Positions 38,553-48,137 of a stretch of DNA of 64,000 bases are shown here, in pieces (the stretch's first letter is position 1; every line of letters starts with the position of its first letter). The stretch is from Thermoplasmata archaeon (GTDB lineage: Archaea; Thermoplasmatota; E2; JACPAO01; JAHFTW01). A program made the position numbers and the translations under genes. The stretch spans positions 1-64,000 of the forward strand of contig JAXDQS010000004.1 of NCBI GenBank assembly GCA_034667725.1, given 5' to 3'. The notes below the pieces were generated by a model. It saw only the letters and a program-made list of their open reading frames with translations, was not told where the DNA came from and searched no databases.

Positions 38553-39581
38553 TCAGGCGATCTTGGCTTGCATCTCGGCAAGCTTCGGGGCCGGGAGCTT
38601 GATGTAGCCGACCTCGTGGACGATCTCCTGCCCGCCCGCCGAGAGCCCCTTCTCGAAGTAGGCCTTGAGGACGCCGGCGGGCTTGCCCTTCGTGTACATG
38701 AAAAGCGGGCGGGAGAGCGGGCTGTACTTGCCGCCCTCGACGTTGGCGTCCGTCGGCTCGACGCAGCCGTTGCCCTTGCCCTCGTCCACCTTGACGACGC
38801 GCACCTTGTCCGGGTTCTCCTTGGCGTAGGCCAGCCCGAAGTAGCCGAGCGCGTGTTGGCTGGAGGCCACGCCCTGCACAAGCACGTTGTCGTCCTCCGA
38901 CGGCGTGTAGTCGCTGCGGCCCTTGGTGTTGGCGCCGTCGAACGGCGTGATGATGACCTCGACGAAGTAGTCGAAGGTGCCCGAGTCGGTGCCGGGGCCG
39001 TAGAGCACGATGGGCTGGTCCGGCCACGCGGGGTCGAGCTGGCTCCACTTGGTCACCTGCTTGGAGGCGTCCGCGGTCCAGATGCGGTTGAGCTGGGCGA
39101 CCGTCAGGCACTGCACGAAGGTGTTCGACGTCGCGACCACGACCGACAGGCCGTCGACGGCGACCTGGATCTCGAACGGCTCGATGCCGGCGTTGCGGCA
39201 GGTCGTCTTCTCCGCGTCGCGCATCGGGCGCGAGGCGTCCGCGATGTCCAGCTCGCCGCGGCAGAAGCGGCTGATGCCGGCGCCGGAGCCGCCGCCGCCA
39301 ACGACGATGTTGGCGCCGATGGCGCGGCCGTGCTCCTCGGCCCAGGCCTGCGCGATCGGGTAGACCGTCGAGCTGCCGGCCTGGTTGACGAGCTGCCGGC
39401 CGCCGGAGCCGCCCGTCACGACCTGCACGCTGGTGCTGGTGGCGGTGACGGTCTGGCCCGCCGCGTTGGTGGTGGTGAAGGTCTGGGTGTGCGTGGTGGT
39501 GTTGCTGGTGCTGGCCGCGCAGCCTGCCAACAGGAGGATGGCGACGGCGGAGGCGGCGGTCAAGGCGGGCTTGAGGTTCAT
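38553..39581 (-). CDS. pstS: Phosphate-binding lipoprotein (copy 1, Thr-rich linker)
   Basis: LAGC, GSSTVYP, DSGTFDYF; highly similar to copy 2. Confidence 0.94.
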   Translation of the reverse strand: MNLKPALTAASAVAILLLAGCAASTSNTTTHTQTFTTTNAAGQTVTATSTSVQVVTGGSGGRQLVNQAGSSTVYPIAQAWAEEHGRAIGANIVVGGGGSGAGISRFCRGELDIADASRPMRDAEKTTCRNAGIEPFEIQVAVDGLSVVVATSNTFVQCLTVAQLNRIWTADASKQVTKWSQLDPAWPDQPIVLYGPGTDSGTFDYFVEVIITPFDGANTKGRSDYTPSEDDNVLVQGVASSQHALGYFGLAYAKENPDKVRVVKVDEGKGNGCVEPTDANVEGGKYSPLSRPLFMYTKGKPAGVLKAYFEKGLSAGGQEIVHEVGYIKLPAPKLAEMQAKIA

Positions 39582-39713
39582 GGGGACACCTTGTGTCGGC
39601 CGCGACCTCCCGCCCAGCGTCTTGGCCGTATCCTCAATAGACCCCTGTGGCCGCAAGTGGCTAGGGAGCAAACCTTGAACCTCGGGCCCGGCCGGTCGGA
39701 CGCGGTGCAACCC

Positions 39714-41093
39714 ATGAACCCCAAGCTGCTCGGCCTGCTGGCCGCCACGCTCCTCCTGTCCGCCCCGGCCGCCGCCGAGCTCGGCGCCCTCGGCTCCACC
39801 GTCAAGGTCGGCGACTCCGACTACGTCCAGATGGTCAAGCGCGCCCCCATCCCCGTGCGCGCCCTTGAGATCGACACCGGCCAGACCGGCGAAGCCATGG
39901 ACAACTGCATCCTGCTCATCGCCGACAGCACCGACGGCGGGGCCGTCCCCACCTACAGCTTCGGCGTCGCGCGCACCGTCCGCGTCAAGGACCATCACCT
40001 CACCTCCTGCAACGGCCAGAAGACCGGAACCCTGGTCGGCGACGCCAGCATCCTTGAGAAGAGCCGGCCCGCCATCGAGCGCGCCGTCGAAGTCCGCTAC
40101 GGCGACGCCACCCCGGACGGCAAGTACGGCAAGGCCGACACGCTCTACCTCACCACCATGGTGACCCTGCCCGGCCCGCCGGTCGCCAACGCCCGCGGCC
40201 TCGCCATGACCGGCGCCACCGGAACCTGGACCCTCCGCCTCACGCCCTTCGGCACCTTCCCCGCCGGCTCCTTCGTCAAGGCCGAAGACCCCGACTTCAT
40301 CCTCTACCGCAACACCGCCACCGGCCCCAGCGGCTCCTCCCCAGGCTCCGTCGCGGGCGCCACCGGCACCACGTTCCCCGCCGCCGCCGGCGCCGACCTC
40401 ACCTGGACCAACACCCCCCGCATCGCCTGCTTCGGCATGGTCGAACGCGAAGGCGGCCCCTGGTACCTCGTCCCCTCCAGCGGCGGCTGCTCCTTCACCG
40501 CCGCCACCGGCGCGTGGACCCTCCCCACCTTCGGCGCCGCCAACACCGCCCTCCCCGTCCACGCCGTCCGCCTCGGCGTCCCCAACCCCCAAGGCCAGCC
40601 CTCGGTGCAACCGACCCGCATCGAACTGCCCCCCACCGCCGACTACACCGCCGGCAAGAACCTCGGCTTCACCGTCCGCGTCGCCAACGAAGGCACCTTC
40701 GCGGGCGCCGGCCTGCTGGTGGTCCGGCTGGACGGCGCCATCGTGGACGCCCGCATGACGCCCGTGCTGTCCCCCCAGGAAACGGGCGCCCTGAACTTCA
40801 AGGTCGAGCTGCCCGAGCACGGCGGCGAAGTGGAGCTCGCCGTCAACGAGATGGAGGTCAAGCTGGACGTCGCCGGCCCGGTCGCGGCGGCCGGAACGAC
40901 CGACGACGCCCAAGCGGCCGCGCTGGAGCAACTGGAACAAAAGGTCGCCCAACTGGAAGCCAGGCTGGCGGCGCAGGAGCCTGTTGTTGAAGCTGCCACG
41001 CCCCCCTCGACGGCAAGCACGCCGGGGCTGACCCCGGTCTTGCTGCTCGTGGGCATGGCGGTGGTGGCGATGATGCGGCGGCGCAAGGCCTAG
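39714..41093 (+). CDS. Secreted surface protein with a CARDB-like domain, a coiled coil and a C-terminal TPG-TM-RRRK anchor
   Basis: Signal peptide; VRVANEG...LDG...LSPQET CARDB-like pattern. Confidence 0.7.
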   Translation: MNPKLLGLLAATLLLSAPAAAELGALGSTVKVGDSDYVQMVKRAPIPVRALEIDTGQTGEAMDNCILLIADSTDGGAVPTYSFGVARTVRVKDHHLTSCNGQKTGTLVGDASILEKSRPAIERAVEVRYGDATPDGKYGKADTLYLTTMVTLPGPPVANARGLAMTGATGTWTLRLTPFGTFPAGSFVKAEDPDFILYRNTATGPSGSSPGSVAGATGTTFPAAAGADLTWTNTPRIACFGMVEREGGPWYLVPSSGGCSFTAATGAWTLPTFGAANTALPVHAVRLGVPNPQGQPSVQPTRIELPPTADYTAGKNLGFTVRVANEGTFAGAGLLVVRLDGAIVDARMTPVLSPQETGALNFKVELPEHGGEVELAVNEMEVKLDVAGPVAAAGTTDDAQAAALEQLEQKVAQLEARLAAQEPVVEAATPPSTASTPGLTPVLLLVGMAVVAMMRRRKA

Positions 41094-41101
41094 ACGGCAA
41101 C

Positions 41102-41350
41102 GGGGCAGGATTCGACCCTTCGCTCCCTCGGTCGCGCAGGGATGCCTCGCGGCTACGCCGCTCGGCGAATCCTGCCCCAGCCCGCTTCCGCCAAGGCGCC
41201 TGCTGCGCGGCGCGCTTGTGCAAGGTGCAGGGGGCAGGATTCGACCCTGCGCTCCCTTCGGTCGCGCAGGGATGCCTCGCGCCTGCGGCGCTCGGCGAAT
41301 CCTGCCCCTGCCCGTCGCGCCGCGGCGCCTTCGGCGGCCGCTGGGGCTAG
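41102..41350 (-). repeat. Two tandem structured units, each ending in a copy of the tRNA-Leu 3' end
   Basis: Units at 41102-41178 and 41231-41308, each bounded by a GGGGCAGGATTCG/CGAATCCTGCCCC inverted repeat; 19-bp exact tRNA copy at 41226-41244. Confidence 0.85.
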
Positions 41351-41434
41351 TGCAGGGGGCAGGATTCGAACCTGCGAACCACGAAGGACCAGGGCCTAAA
41401 CCTGGCGCCGTTGACCAAGCTTGGCAACCCCTGC
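41351..41434 (-). tRNA. tRNA-Leu(TAG), CCA not encoded
   Basis: GCAGGGG acceptor stem, anticodon arm CCAGG-TTTAGGC-CCTGG, long variable arm, GGTTCGAATCC T-arm. Confidence 0.95.
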
Positions 41435-41465
41435 TTGCGTCCGCCATGCGGGCTTGCGTGAAAAC

Positions 41466-41744
41466 CTAGCACGCGGCCCGCCAGGCGAACCAGGCCCACG
41501 CCACCGCAGCCACGGCGGCCAACCCGAACGGCACCAGGAACGCCGGCTTCCGGGTCTTGTGGCGCACCAGGAGCATCCCGAGCAGCATCCCGGCCCAGCC
41601 GCCCAGCGCCGCCCACAAGAGCAACGCGGCCTCGCTGCGGCGGCGGGCCCTGCGCTTGGCGGCGCGCTTGTCGGCGGCCACCAGCACCAGGCCGGCGAGG
41701 TTAGCAACGCCCAGCCATGCCCACAGCCAGCCGCAAGGCTCCAT
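41466..41744 (-). CDS. DUF1294 membrane protein
   Basis: DKRAA...RRSEAALL..AALGGWAG...RHKTRK. Confidence 0.85.
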   Translation of the reverse strand: MEPCGWLWAWLGVANLAGLVLVAADKRAAKRRARRRSEAALLLWAALGGWAGMLLGMLLVRHKTRKPAFLVPFGLAAVAAVAWAWFAWRAAC

Positions 41745-41794
41745 GCCACGGGGACAGGCTGGGGGTTTTTGGCGCAGCGCCCGGTCGGCGGCGT

Positions 41795-42295
41795 GTGCTG
41801 GAGCTGAAGATCGACGGCTGGCGCAAGGGCCTGCGCTTCTCGAGCGCGCACATCACGCCGGAGCACAAGAAGTGCGGGCGGCTGCATGGGCACACCTACG
41901 CCATCCACCTGCGGATGCGGGGCGCGCAGGACGAGTGGGGCATCGTGCTGGACTTCGGCGTCATCACCGACACCCTGAAGCAGATCGGCGACGAGATCGA
42001 CCACCTGGTGCTGGTGCCGACGGAGTCGAACCACTACTCGGACCTGCAGGTGACGGAGCAGGAGGTCAGGTTCCGCGTCATCGACCCCTACACCGGCGAG
42101 CCCAAGCGGTTCAGCTTCCCCCGGCAGGACTGCGCGCTGCTGCCCATCCCGAGCACGACGGCGGAGGACCTGGCGAAGTACGTGTACCGCGAGTTCATGC
42201 GGCGCACCAAGTTCACGACGGCGACCGCGTTCGTCGAGGTCGGCGTGGACGAGGGATACGGGAAGGGCGCCTGGTTCGCGGAGAAGTGGAGCTAG
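41795..42295 (+). CDS. queD: 6-carboxytetrahydropterin synthase (QueD/PTPS)
   Basis: FSSAH, CGRLHGHTY, DF..., DH, TTAEDLA. Confidence 0.9.
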   Translation: MLELKIDGWRKGLRFSSAHITPEHKKCGRLHGHTYAIHLRMRGAQDEWGIVLDFGVITDTLKQIGDEIDHLVLVPTESNHYSDLQVTEQEVRFRVIDPYTGEPKRFSFPRQDCALLPIPSTTAEDLAKYVYREFMRRTKFTTATAFVEVGVDEGYGKGAWFAEKWS

Positions 42296-42807
42296 CTGGG
42301 CGGGGGCAAGAACGGCACAACCGCCAGCACCATGCGGGGGTCCATGGCGCCGCATTCCACGTCGTACGCGTCCTCTTGCGGGGTCACGCGGGCCACGGGG
42401 CGGCCGCCGCACAAGACTTCGTAGGCGGCGGCGCGGCGGCGCACTTCAGCCACGACCTCGCCGCGGTGGTCCTGGACGCACAGCACGGCGGCGCCGCCGC
42501 GCACCGGGCCTTGCGGGACGCACACGGCGCCGAGGCGTTCGCCGTCGGCGGTGAACTCGTGGACGAAGACCTTGGTCCGGCCGACCCAGGCGGTGCGGCG
42601 CCAGCGTTCGCCGGCGCGGACCTCCAGCCAGGCCGTGCGGCGGCCGTGCAGCACGAACCGCAGCCAGGCCGGCCGGAGCGCGCCGCCTTCCAGGCGCGCG
42701 GCTCCGAGGCGCTTGCCGTGCGGGTCGTGCAGGGTGTAGGCGTCGGCCTCGGCCCGCAGCAGGAACCGGACGCGCGGCGGGGCGGGCCGCGGCGGCGTGG
42801 GCGCCAT
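42292..42807 (-). CDS. Hypothetical protein, LURP-one/scramblase-like (start uncertain)
   Basis: Repeated D..G..LG/VA beta-hairpins and a terminal DPRMVLA helix. Confidence 0.45.
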   Translation of the reverse strand: MAPTPPRPAPPRVRFLLRAEADAYTLHDPHGKRLGAARLEGGALRPAWLRFVLHGRRTAWLEVRAGERWRRTAWVGRTKVFVHEFTADGERLGAVCVPQGPVRGGAAVLCVQDHRGEVVAEVRRRAAAYEVLCGGRPVARVTPQEDAYDVECGAMDPRMVLAVVPFLPPPS

Positions 42808-43024
42808 GCGGCGGATGGGGCCGCCGGCCTGGACGGCGTCGGGGCCGGAGGCGGCCGGGAGCACGATGCGGGGCGGGGCGCGGGAGGGGGAGGGACGGCG
42901 GACGACCGCGCCTGGCTCGGGCATAGGGTGGGAACCGGCGGGGTGCCCATGAAGCCCGCTTTCGCGGCAGGGTCGGGCGGGCGTGGGCCGCCACGGTGAT
43001 AACCGACGGGCGGGTGGGCCGTCT

Positions 43025-43699
43025 GTGCCTAGCAAGGCGGTCGTGCTGTTGTCGGGGGGCTTGGACTCCACGACCGCCGCGGCGTGGGCGAGGCGCGAGG
43101 GGCACGCGGTCTACGCGGTGAGCTTCGACTACGGGCAGCGGCACCGCAAGGAGCTGGAGCGCGCCAAGGCGGTCGCGAAGGCCGTGGGCGTCGTGGCGCA
43201 CGTGGTGTTGCGGGTGCCGCTCGACCAGCTCGGGGGCTCGGCGCTCACGGACGCCGGCATCGAGGTGCCGGACGCGCCCGCGGCGGGCAACATCGGCGAC
43301 CAGATCCCCGTCACCTACGTGCCGGCGCGCAACACCGTGTTCTTGGCGTTGGCGCTGGCCTATGCGGAGACGGTCGGGGCGCAGCGGCTCGTCATCGGCG
43401 CCAACGCGCTCGACTACTCGGGCTACCCGGACTGCCGGCTGGAGTACCTGGAGGCGTTCGAGCGCATGGCGAACCTGGCCACGAAGGCCGGCGTCGAGGG
43501 GGCGGCCATCACCGTCTCCGCTCCGTTGTTGCATCTCAGCAAGGCCGAGATCGTGCGCCTGGCCGTCGAGCTGGGCGCCCCTATCCACTTGACTTGGAGC
43601 TGCTACCGCGGGGGCAAGGCGCCGTGCGGGGCGTGCGAGTCGTGCGTGCTGCGGGCGCAGGGCTTCGCGGCGGCGGGTGTCGCGGACCCGGGGGCTTGA
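43025..43699 (+). CDS. queC: 7-cyano-7-deazaguanine synthase
   Basis: [37 protein letters not shown]. Confidence 0.96.
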   Translation: MPSKAVVLLSGGLDSTTAAAWARREGHAVYAVSFDYGQRHRKELERAKAVAKAVGVVAHVVLRVPLDQLGGSALTDAGIEVPDAPAAGNIGDQIPVTYVPARNTVFLALALAYAETVGAQRLVIGANALDYSGYPDCRLEYLEAFERMANLATKAGVEGAAITVSAPLLHLSKAEIVRLAVELGAPIHLTWSCYRGGKAPCGACESCVLRAQGFAAAGVADPGA

Positions 43700-43702
43700 C
43701 GG

Positions 43703-44551
43703 TTGGCCCTGGACCCGTTCCTGCACGACCTCGGCATCGTCCTGACGCTCCTGGTGCTGGAGGCGGTGCTGTCGTTCGACAACGCGGCCGTGCTGGCCGC
43801 CATCGTCCGCAAGCTTCCGCTCGGCGACCGCCGGAAGGCGTTGCTCTACGGCCTGGTGGGCGCCTACGCGCTGCGCATCACGGCGATCTTGCTGGCGTCG
43901 TTCCTGATCCGCACGCCGGCGCTCAAGGTGGTGGGCGGCCTCTACCTGCTGTTCCTGGGCGTCCGGCATTTCTACCAGCTGGCCCGACACCGCGCCGCCG
44001 GCCACAAGGAGCACAAGGTGAGCCCCGGCTGGCTGGTGCGGCTCGGCGTCCCGGCGCTGGTGGCGGTCATCATCCAGATCGAGGTCATCGACCTGGCGTT
44101 CGCGGTGGACCAGGTGGTGGTGGCGGTCGCGTTCACCGACGAGATCCTGCTCATCGTCATCGCCAGCATGCTGGGCATCCTGTTCTTGCGCCTGGCCGCC
44201 GCCGTCGTGGCCCGCGTCATGGACTGGCTGCCCCTGCTGGAGCACATGGCCTACGTCGCCGTGACCTACGTCGGCGTGAAGCTCATCCTGCTGCACCCGT
44301 GGTTCGTCACCAACGCCCAGGTGGTCGGCCGCGACGTGGTGGGCGGCGCCTGCCGCGTCCCGTTCATCCCGGTCCAGCACCAGGTCGCGCCCGGCGGCCT
44401 GCCCGGCTGCGAGATTCCGACCCCGCTCTCGGTCACGGTGACCTTGGCCCTGTTCGGCGTCCCGATCCTCCTCAAGCTGCTGTTCGGCATCCCGCGCTCG
44501 ACCCAGACGCCGCCCCCCGAGATGGTGCCGCCGCCTCCCCGGCAACCTTGA
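43703..44551 (+). CDS. TerC-family membrane protein
   Basis: LEAVLSFDNAAV, IEVIDLAFAVDQV. Confidence 0.88.
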   Translation: MALDPFLHDLGIVLTLLVLEAVLSFDNAAVLAAIVRKLPLGDRRKALLYGLVGAYALRITAILLASFLIRTPALKVVGGLYLLFLGVRHFYQLARHRAAGHKEHKVSPGWLVRLGVPALVAVIIQIEVIDLAFAVDQVVVAVAFTDEILLIVIASMLGILFLRLAAAVVARVMDWLPLLEHMAYVAVTYVGVKLILLHPWFVTNAQVVGRDVVGGACRVPFIPVQHQVAPGGLPGCEIPTPLSVTVTLALFGVPILLKLLFGIPRSTQTPPPEMVPPPPRQP

Positions 44552-44575
44552 AGCCGTGGGTCCGGTCGGCGCTGC

Positions 44576-45445
44576 GTGGACCTGCTGGGCGACCTCGCCA
44601 TCGTGCTGACCCTGGTGCTGCTGGAGGCAGTCCTCAGCTTCGACAACGCAGCCATCCTCACCGTCCTGTCGCGCCGGCTGCATGACCTCGACGAGCGCCG
44701 CCGGGCCCTCAACATCGGCCTCCTCATCGCGTACGGGCTGCGGGTCGCCGCCATCCTGGCCGCCGTCGTGCTGGTGCAGCAGCCGCTGTTCTTGGTGCTG
44801 GGCGGCCTCTACCTCGTCGTCTTGGGCATCAAGCACTTCGTGGCGTTGGCCCGCAAGGGCGACGAGCACTTGGCGGCCGAGCACAAGCCCATCCTGGCCC
44901 GCATCGGCCTCGGCGCGTTCGCCGCCGTCGTGCTGGAGATCGGCGTCATCGACCTGGTGTTCGCGCTCGACCAGGTGGTCGCCGCCGTCGGCTTCGTCCG
45001 CGGCCACGAGCACGCCACCATCCTCATCATCATCGCCGCCAGCCTCGGCCTCCTGAGTCTCCGCCTGCTTGCCCCGTTCATCGGGCGCCTCATGGACTGG
45101 CTGCCGCTGTTGGAGCACATGGCGTTCGTCGCCGTGGCCTTCGTCGGCGGCCTGATGCTGCTGGAGCACACCTCGCTTGCCGGCGGCCTCCAGCTCGTGG
45201 CCAGCCCCGAGGCCCCCGGCGCCCCGGCCGTCCTGTTCCACATGGAGAAGACGGTCAAGATCGGCGTCACCTTGGCGCTGTTCGCGGTGCCGGTGTTCAT
45301 CAAGCTGGCGTTCAAGGTGCCGCGCAGCCACCCGGGCGTCCACGCCGCCGTCGAGACGGACTTCGCGGCCAAGGCGCCGCACCGGGGCGAAGAGGTCGCC
45401 CAAGGCGACCCAAAGCACCCGGGCGAGACCCTCAAGCCTCGTTGA
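44576..45445 (+). CDS. TerC-family membrane protein (paralog)
   Basis: LEAVLSFDNAAI, IDLVFALDQV. Confidence 0.88.
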   Translation: MDLLGDLAIVLTLVLLEAVLSFDNAAILTVLSRRLHDLDERRRALNIGLLIAYGLRVAAILAAVVLVQQPLFLVLGGLYLVVLGIKHFVALARKGDEHLAAEHKPILARIGLGAFAAVVLEIGVIDLVFALDQVVAAVGFVRGHEHATILIIIAASLGLLSLRLLAPFIGRLMDWLPLLEHMAFVAVAFVGGLMLLEHTSLAGGLQLVASPEAPGAPAVLFHMEKTVKIGVTLALFAVPVFIKLAFKVPRSHPGVHAAVETDFAAKAPHRGEEVAQGDPKHPGETLKPR

Positions 45446-45487
45446 CCGACGCGCAAAGGCCATCTGCTGCCCCTGGTTTTTCTGGCC

Positions 45488-45808
45488 GTGGCCTACGACG
45501 AAGGGCTCGCCCAGCGCATCCGCGACCTCATGCCCGGCGCCAAGGAGAAGGCGATGTTCGGCGGCGTGGCGTGGATGGACCGCGGCAACCTGGTCGTCGG
45601 CGTCCTGGGCGAGGAGATGGTGGCCCGCGTCGGGAAGGACGACACCGAGGCGGCGCTGGCCCAGGAGGGCGTGCGGCCGTTCGCGTTCACCGGCCGCGCC
45701 ATGGCCGGCTGGGTCTTGGTCGCGCCGGAGGCCATCGCCGAGGACGACGACCTGGCGCTCTGGGTCGCCCGCTGCCACCGCTTCACCGACACGCTCCCCT
45801 CGAAGTGA
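45488..45808 (+). CDS. TfoX/Sxy N-terminal domain protein
   Basis: MAYDEGLAQRIR, KAMFGG, RAMAGWVLV. Confidence 0.85.
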   Translation: MAYDEGLAQRIRDLMPGAKEKAMFGGVAWMDRGNLVVGVLGEEMVARVGKDDTEAALAQEGVRPFAFTGRAMAGWVLVAPEAIAEDDDLALWVARCHRFTDTLPSK

Positions 45809-45811
45809 CCC

Positions 45812-46255
45812 ATGGCCGACGAACCTCCCAAGCCCTTGCAGCGCGAACTCCTGGTGTGCCTGCTGCTGCACTTGGTGGCGATGGCGGTCGGCGCCGCCTG
45901 GACGTTCTTGGGCTGCAAGGACAACTGCGGCGAAGGCACGCGGATGTGGACGCTGATCGGCGGCGTCACCATCTTCGCCGTCGCGGCCACCGCCGCCGCG
46001 TCCGAGCTGGCCCGCTCGCTGGCGGGCACCGGCGACGGCTGGCTGCGGTGGGCGGGGCTCTCGATGCTCACGGCCGCCCTCACGGCGGCGGCGCTCGGGT
46101 TCCTCGCCCGGCCGCCGGTGCCGATGGTGCACGCGCCGCTGGAGCGCGGGCTCGCCATCATCCTGCTGGCCGCCGCCTCCAACGCGCTGCTGTCGCTGGT
46201 GGGGGCGGGCGTCGTGCGCTGGGCGCGCAAGCGGGGCGAGCCTCAGGCGCCGTAG
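45812..46255 (+). CDS. Hypothetical 4-TM membrane protein
   Basis: Four hydrophobic segments; directly follows the TfoX-domain gene. Confidence 0.55.
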   Translation: MADEPPKPLQRELLVCLLLHLVAMAVGAAWTFLGCKDNCGEGTRMWTLIGGVTIFAVAATAAASELARSLAGTGDGWLRWAGLSMLTAALTAAALGFLARPPVPMVHAPLERGLAIILLAAASNALLSLVGAGVVRWARKRGEPQAP

Positions 46256-47214
46256 CGCCGCAGCAGGCCGCCGTATGCGTCGACCCGGCGGTCGCGGAAG
46301 AAGGGCCAGCCGCGCCGGGCCCGCTCGATCTCCTCGAGGTCGCACTCGACCACCAGGACCTCCTCCTGCTCGCCGGCCTCGGCGGCCACGACGCCCATGG
46401 GCTTGGCGACGAACGAGTGGCCCCAGAACTGCAGGTCCTCCTCGCGGCCGACGCGGTTGACGGCGACGACGAAGCAGCCGTTGGCGACGGCGTGGGCGCG
46501 TTGGATGGTGTGCCAGGCCTGGTGCTGGGTGTCCTTGTACTCCATCTCGCCGAGCCAGGTGCCGATCGCCGTCGGGTAGAACAGGATGTCCGCGCCCTGC
46601 ATCGCGGTGAGGCGGGCGGCCTCGGGATACCACTGGTCCCAGCACACGAGGACGCCGATGCGGCCGAACCTGGTGTCGAACGCCTTGAAGGGGCCGCCGG
46701 GCGCGTCGGCGTCGCCGGGCGTGAAGTAGAACTTCTCGTAGAACCGCGGGTCGTCGGGGATGTGCATCTTGCGGTAGCTGCCCAAGAGCGTGCCGTCCGC
46801 GTCGAGCACGACGGCGGTGTTGTGGTAGATGCCCCGGGCGCGTTTCTCGAACAGGCTGCCGATGATGACGATGCCGTGCTCCTTGGCCTTGCGGGCGAGG
46901 GCTTGGGTCGTCGGGCCCGGGATGGGCTCCGCGAGGTCGAAGAACGCCGCGTCCTCCTCCTGGCAGAAATAGGGCCCGAGGAACAGCTCCTGGGTGCACA
47001 CGATCTGGGCGCCCTTGCGGGCGGCGGCGTCGATGAGCTTCAGGGTGCGCGCCAGGTTGTCCTTCGGGTCCGGGCTGGCGTGGGTCTGCACGACGCCGAC
47101 CGTCACGGTGTGGGTGTGCGAGGTGTGCGCCAGCGCCTCGGACGCGCCGCGGGCCCCTGCCGGCTCGGCGGCGGGCGCGTGCAGCTTGGGCTTCGGCGTC
47201 CGCTTCGCGGGCAT
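46243..47214 (-). CDS. aguB: N-carbamoylputrescine amidase (C-N hydrolase)
   Basis: QELF, YRKMHIPDDP..YEKFYFTPG, VCWDQWYPE. Confidence 0.9.
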   Translation of the reverse strand: MPAKRTPKPKLHAPAAEPAGARGASEALAHTSHTHTVTVGVVQTHASPDPKDNLARTLKLIDAAARKGAQIVCTQELFLGPYFCQEEDAAFFDLAEPIPGPTTQALARKAKEHGIVIIGSLFEKRARGIYHNTAVVLDADGTLLGSYRKMHIPDDPRFYEKFYFTPGDADAPGGPFKAFDTRFGRIGVLVCWDQWYPEAARLTAMQGADILFYPTAIGTWLGEMEYKDTQHQAWHTIQRAHAVANGCFVVAVNRVGREEDLQFWGHSFVAKPMGVVAAEAGEQEEVLVVECDLEEIERARRGWPFFRDRRVDAYGGLLRRYGA

Positions 47215-47239
47215 CACCGCGGCCACTGGATGGCGGGCT

Positions 47240-48094
47240 TCAGGGTTTTGGTGCCTCGGCAGGGCGCGGCCCCGTCTCGATGGGACGATTGGCGGCAGGG
47301 AAGCTCCACTCCGACCACGAGCCGGGGTAGAGCGCCGGCGGCGGCAGGCCGGCCAGCTCCATCGCGAGCACGTTGTGGGTGGAGGTGACGCCCGAGCCGC
47401 AATAGACCGCCACCTTCTGGCCGGTCGCCTCGGCGAAGCGGGCCCGCAGGGCGTCGCCGCCGAGGAAGCGCTGGTCGGGCCCGACGTTGCCGGCGAACGG
47501 CACGTTGACGGCGCCCGGGATGTGGCCGGCGCGCTTGTCGACGGGCTCCACGATGCCGGCGTAGCGCTCCGGCGCGCGGGCGTCCACCAGCGTGATGCCG
47601 CCCGCCTCCAGCTCCGGCGCCTCGATGACCGGCATGTGGCCGGGCTTGCCGGCGAACGCGGCGGGCTTGCGCGGCTTCTCGTGGCCGTTGGCCAGCGGCA
47701 GCCGCAACGCCTTCCAGCGCGTGAGGCCGCCGTCGAGCACGGCGACGTTGGCGTGGCCGTAGTGGCGCAGCAGCCACCACAGGCGGCTGGCCCATTGGCC
47801 GGCGGCGTCGTCGTAGGCGACGACGAGGGTCGTGGGCGTGATGCCGTTCTGGCCGCACCAGCGCGCGAACGCGCCGGGCAGCGGCAGCGGGTGGCGGCCG
47901 CGGTGGCCGTCGCCGATGGGGCCCGACAGGTCGCGCTCGACGTGGGCGTAGTAGGCGCCGGGGACGTGGCCCTTGGCGTACTCGCGGACGCCCTTCTCCT
48001 TGTCCGCGAGGTCGAAGCGGCAGTCGACCACCAGCAGGTCCGGCCCGCCCAGGCGCTCTTGGAGGGCTTCGCACGCAAGGAGCGGGCTGGTCAC
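47240..48094 (-). CDS. sseA: Two-domain rhodanese/3-mercaptopyruvate sulfurtransferase
   Basis: GHVPGA, GRHPLP, CGSGVT, YPGSWSEW. Confidence 0.9.
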   Translation of the reverse strand: MTSPLLACEALQERLGGPDLLVVDCRFDLADKEKGVREYAKGHVPGAYYAHVERDLSGPIGDGHRGRHPLPLPGAFARWCGQNGITPTTLVVAYDDAAGQWASRLWWLLRHYGHANVAVLDGGLTRWKALRLPLANGHEKPRKPAAFAGKPGHMPVIEAPELEAGGITLVDARAPERYAGIVEPVDKRAGHIPGAVNVPFAGNVGPDQRFLGGDALRARFAEATGQKVAVYCGSGVTSTHNVLAMELAGLPPPALYPGSWSEWSFPAANRPIETGPRPAEAPKP

Positions 48095-48137
48095 GGGTGG
48101 CCGATGGCCGCCGGGCTGAAAGGCTGTTCCGCCCTGC

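Noticed and set aside
41102-41350. CRISPR array or extra tRNA genes
   Set aside because: Only two roughly 78-bp units derived from the tRNA end; no cas genes; no D-arm or anticodon arm.
41795-43699. queC/queD/queE/folE2 as a dpd DNA-modification cluster
   Set aside because: No dpdA/TGT-like gene nearby, the genes are dispersed with host-like codon usage, and archaeosine synthesis explains them.
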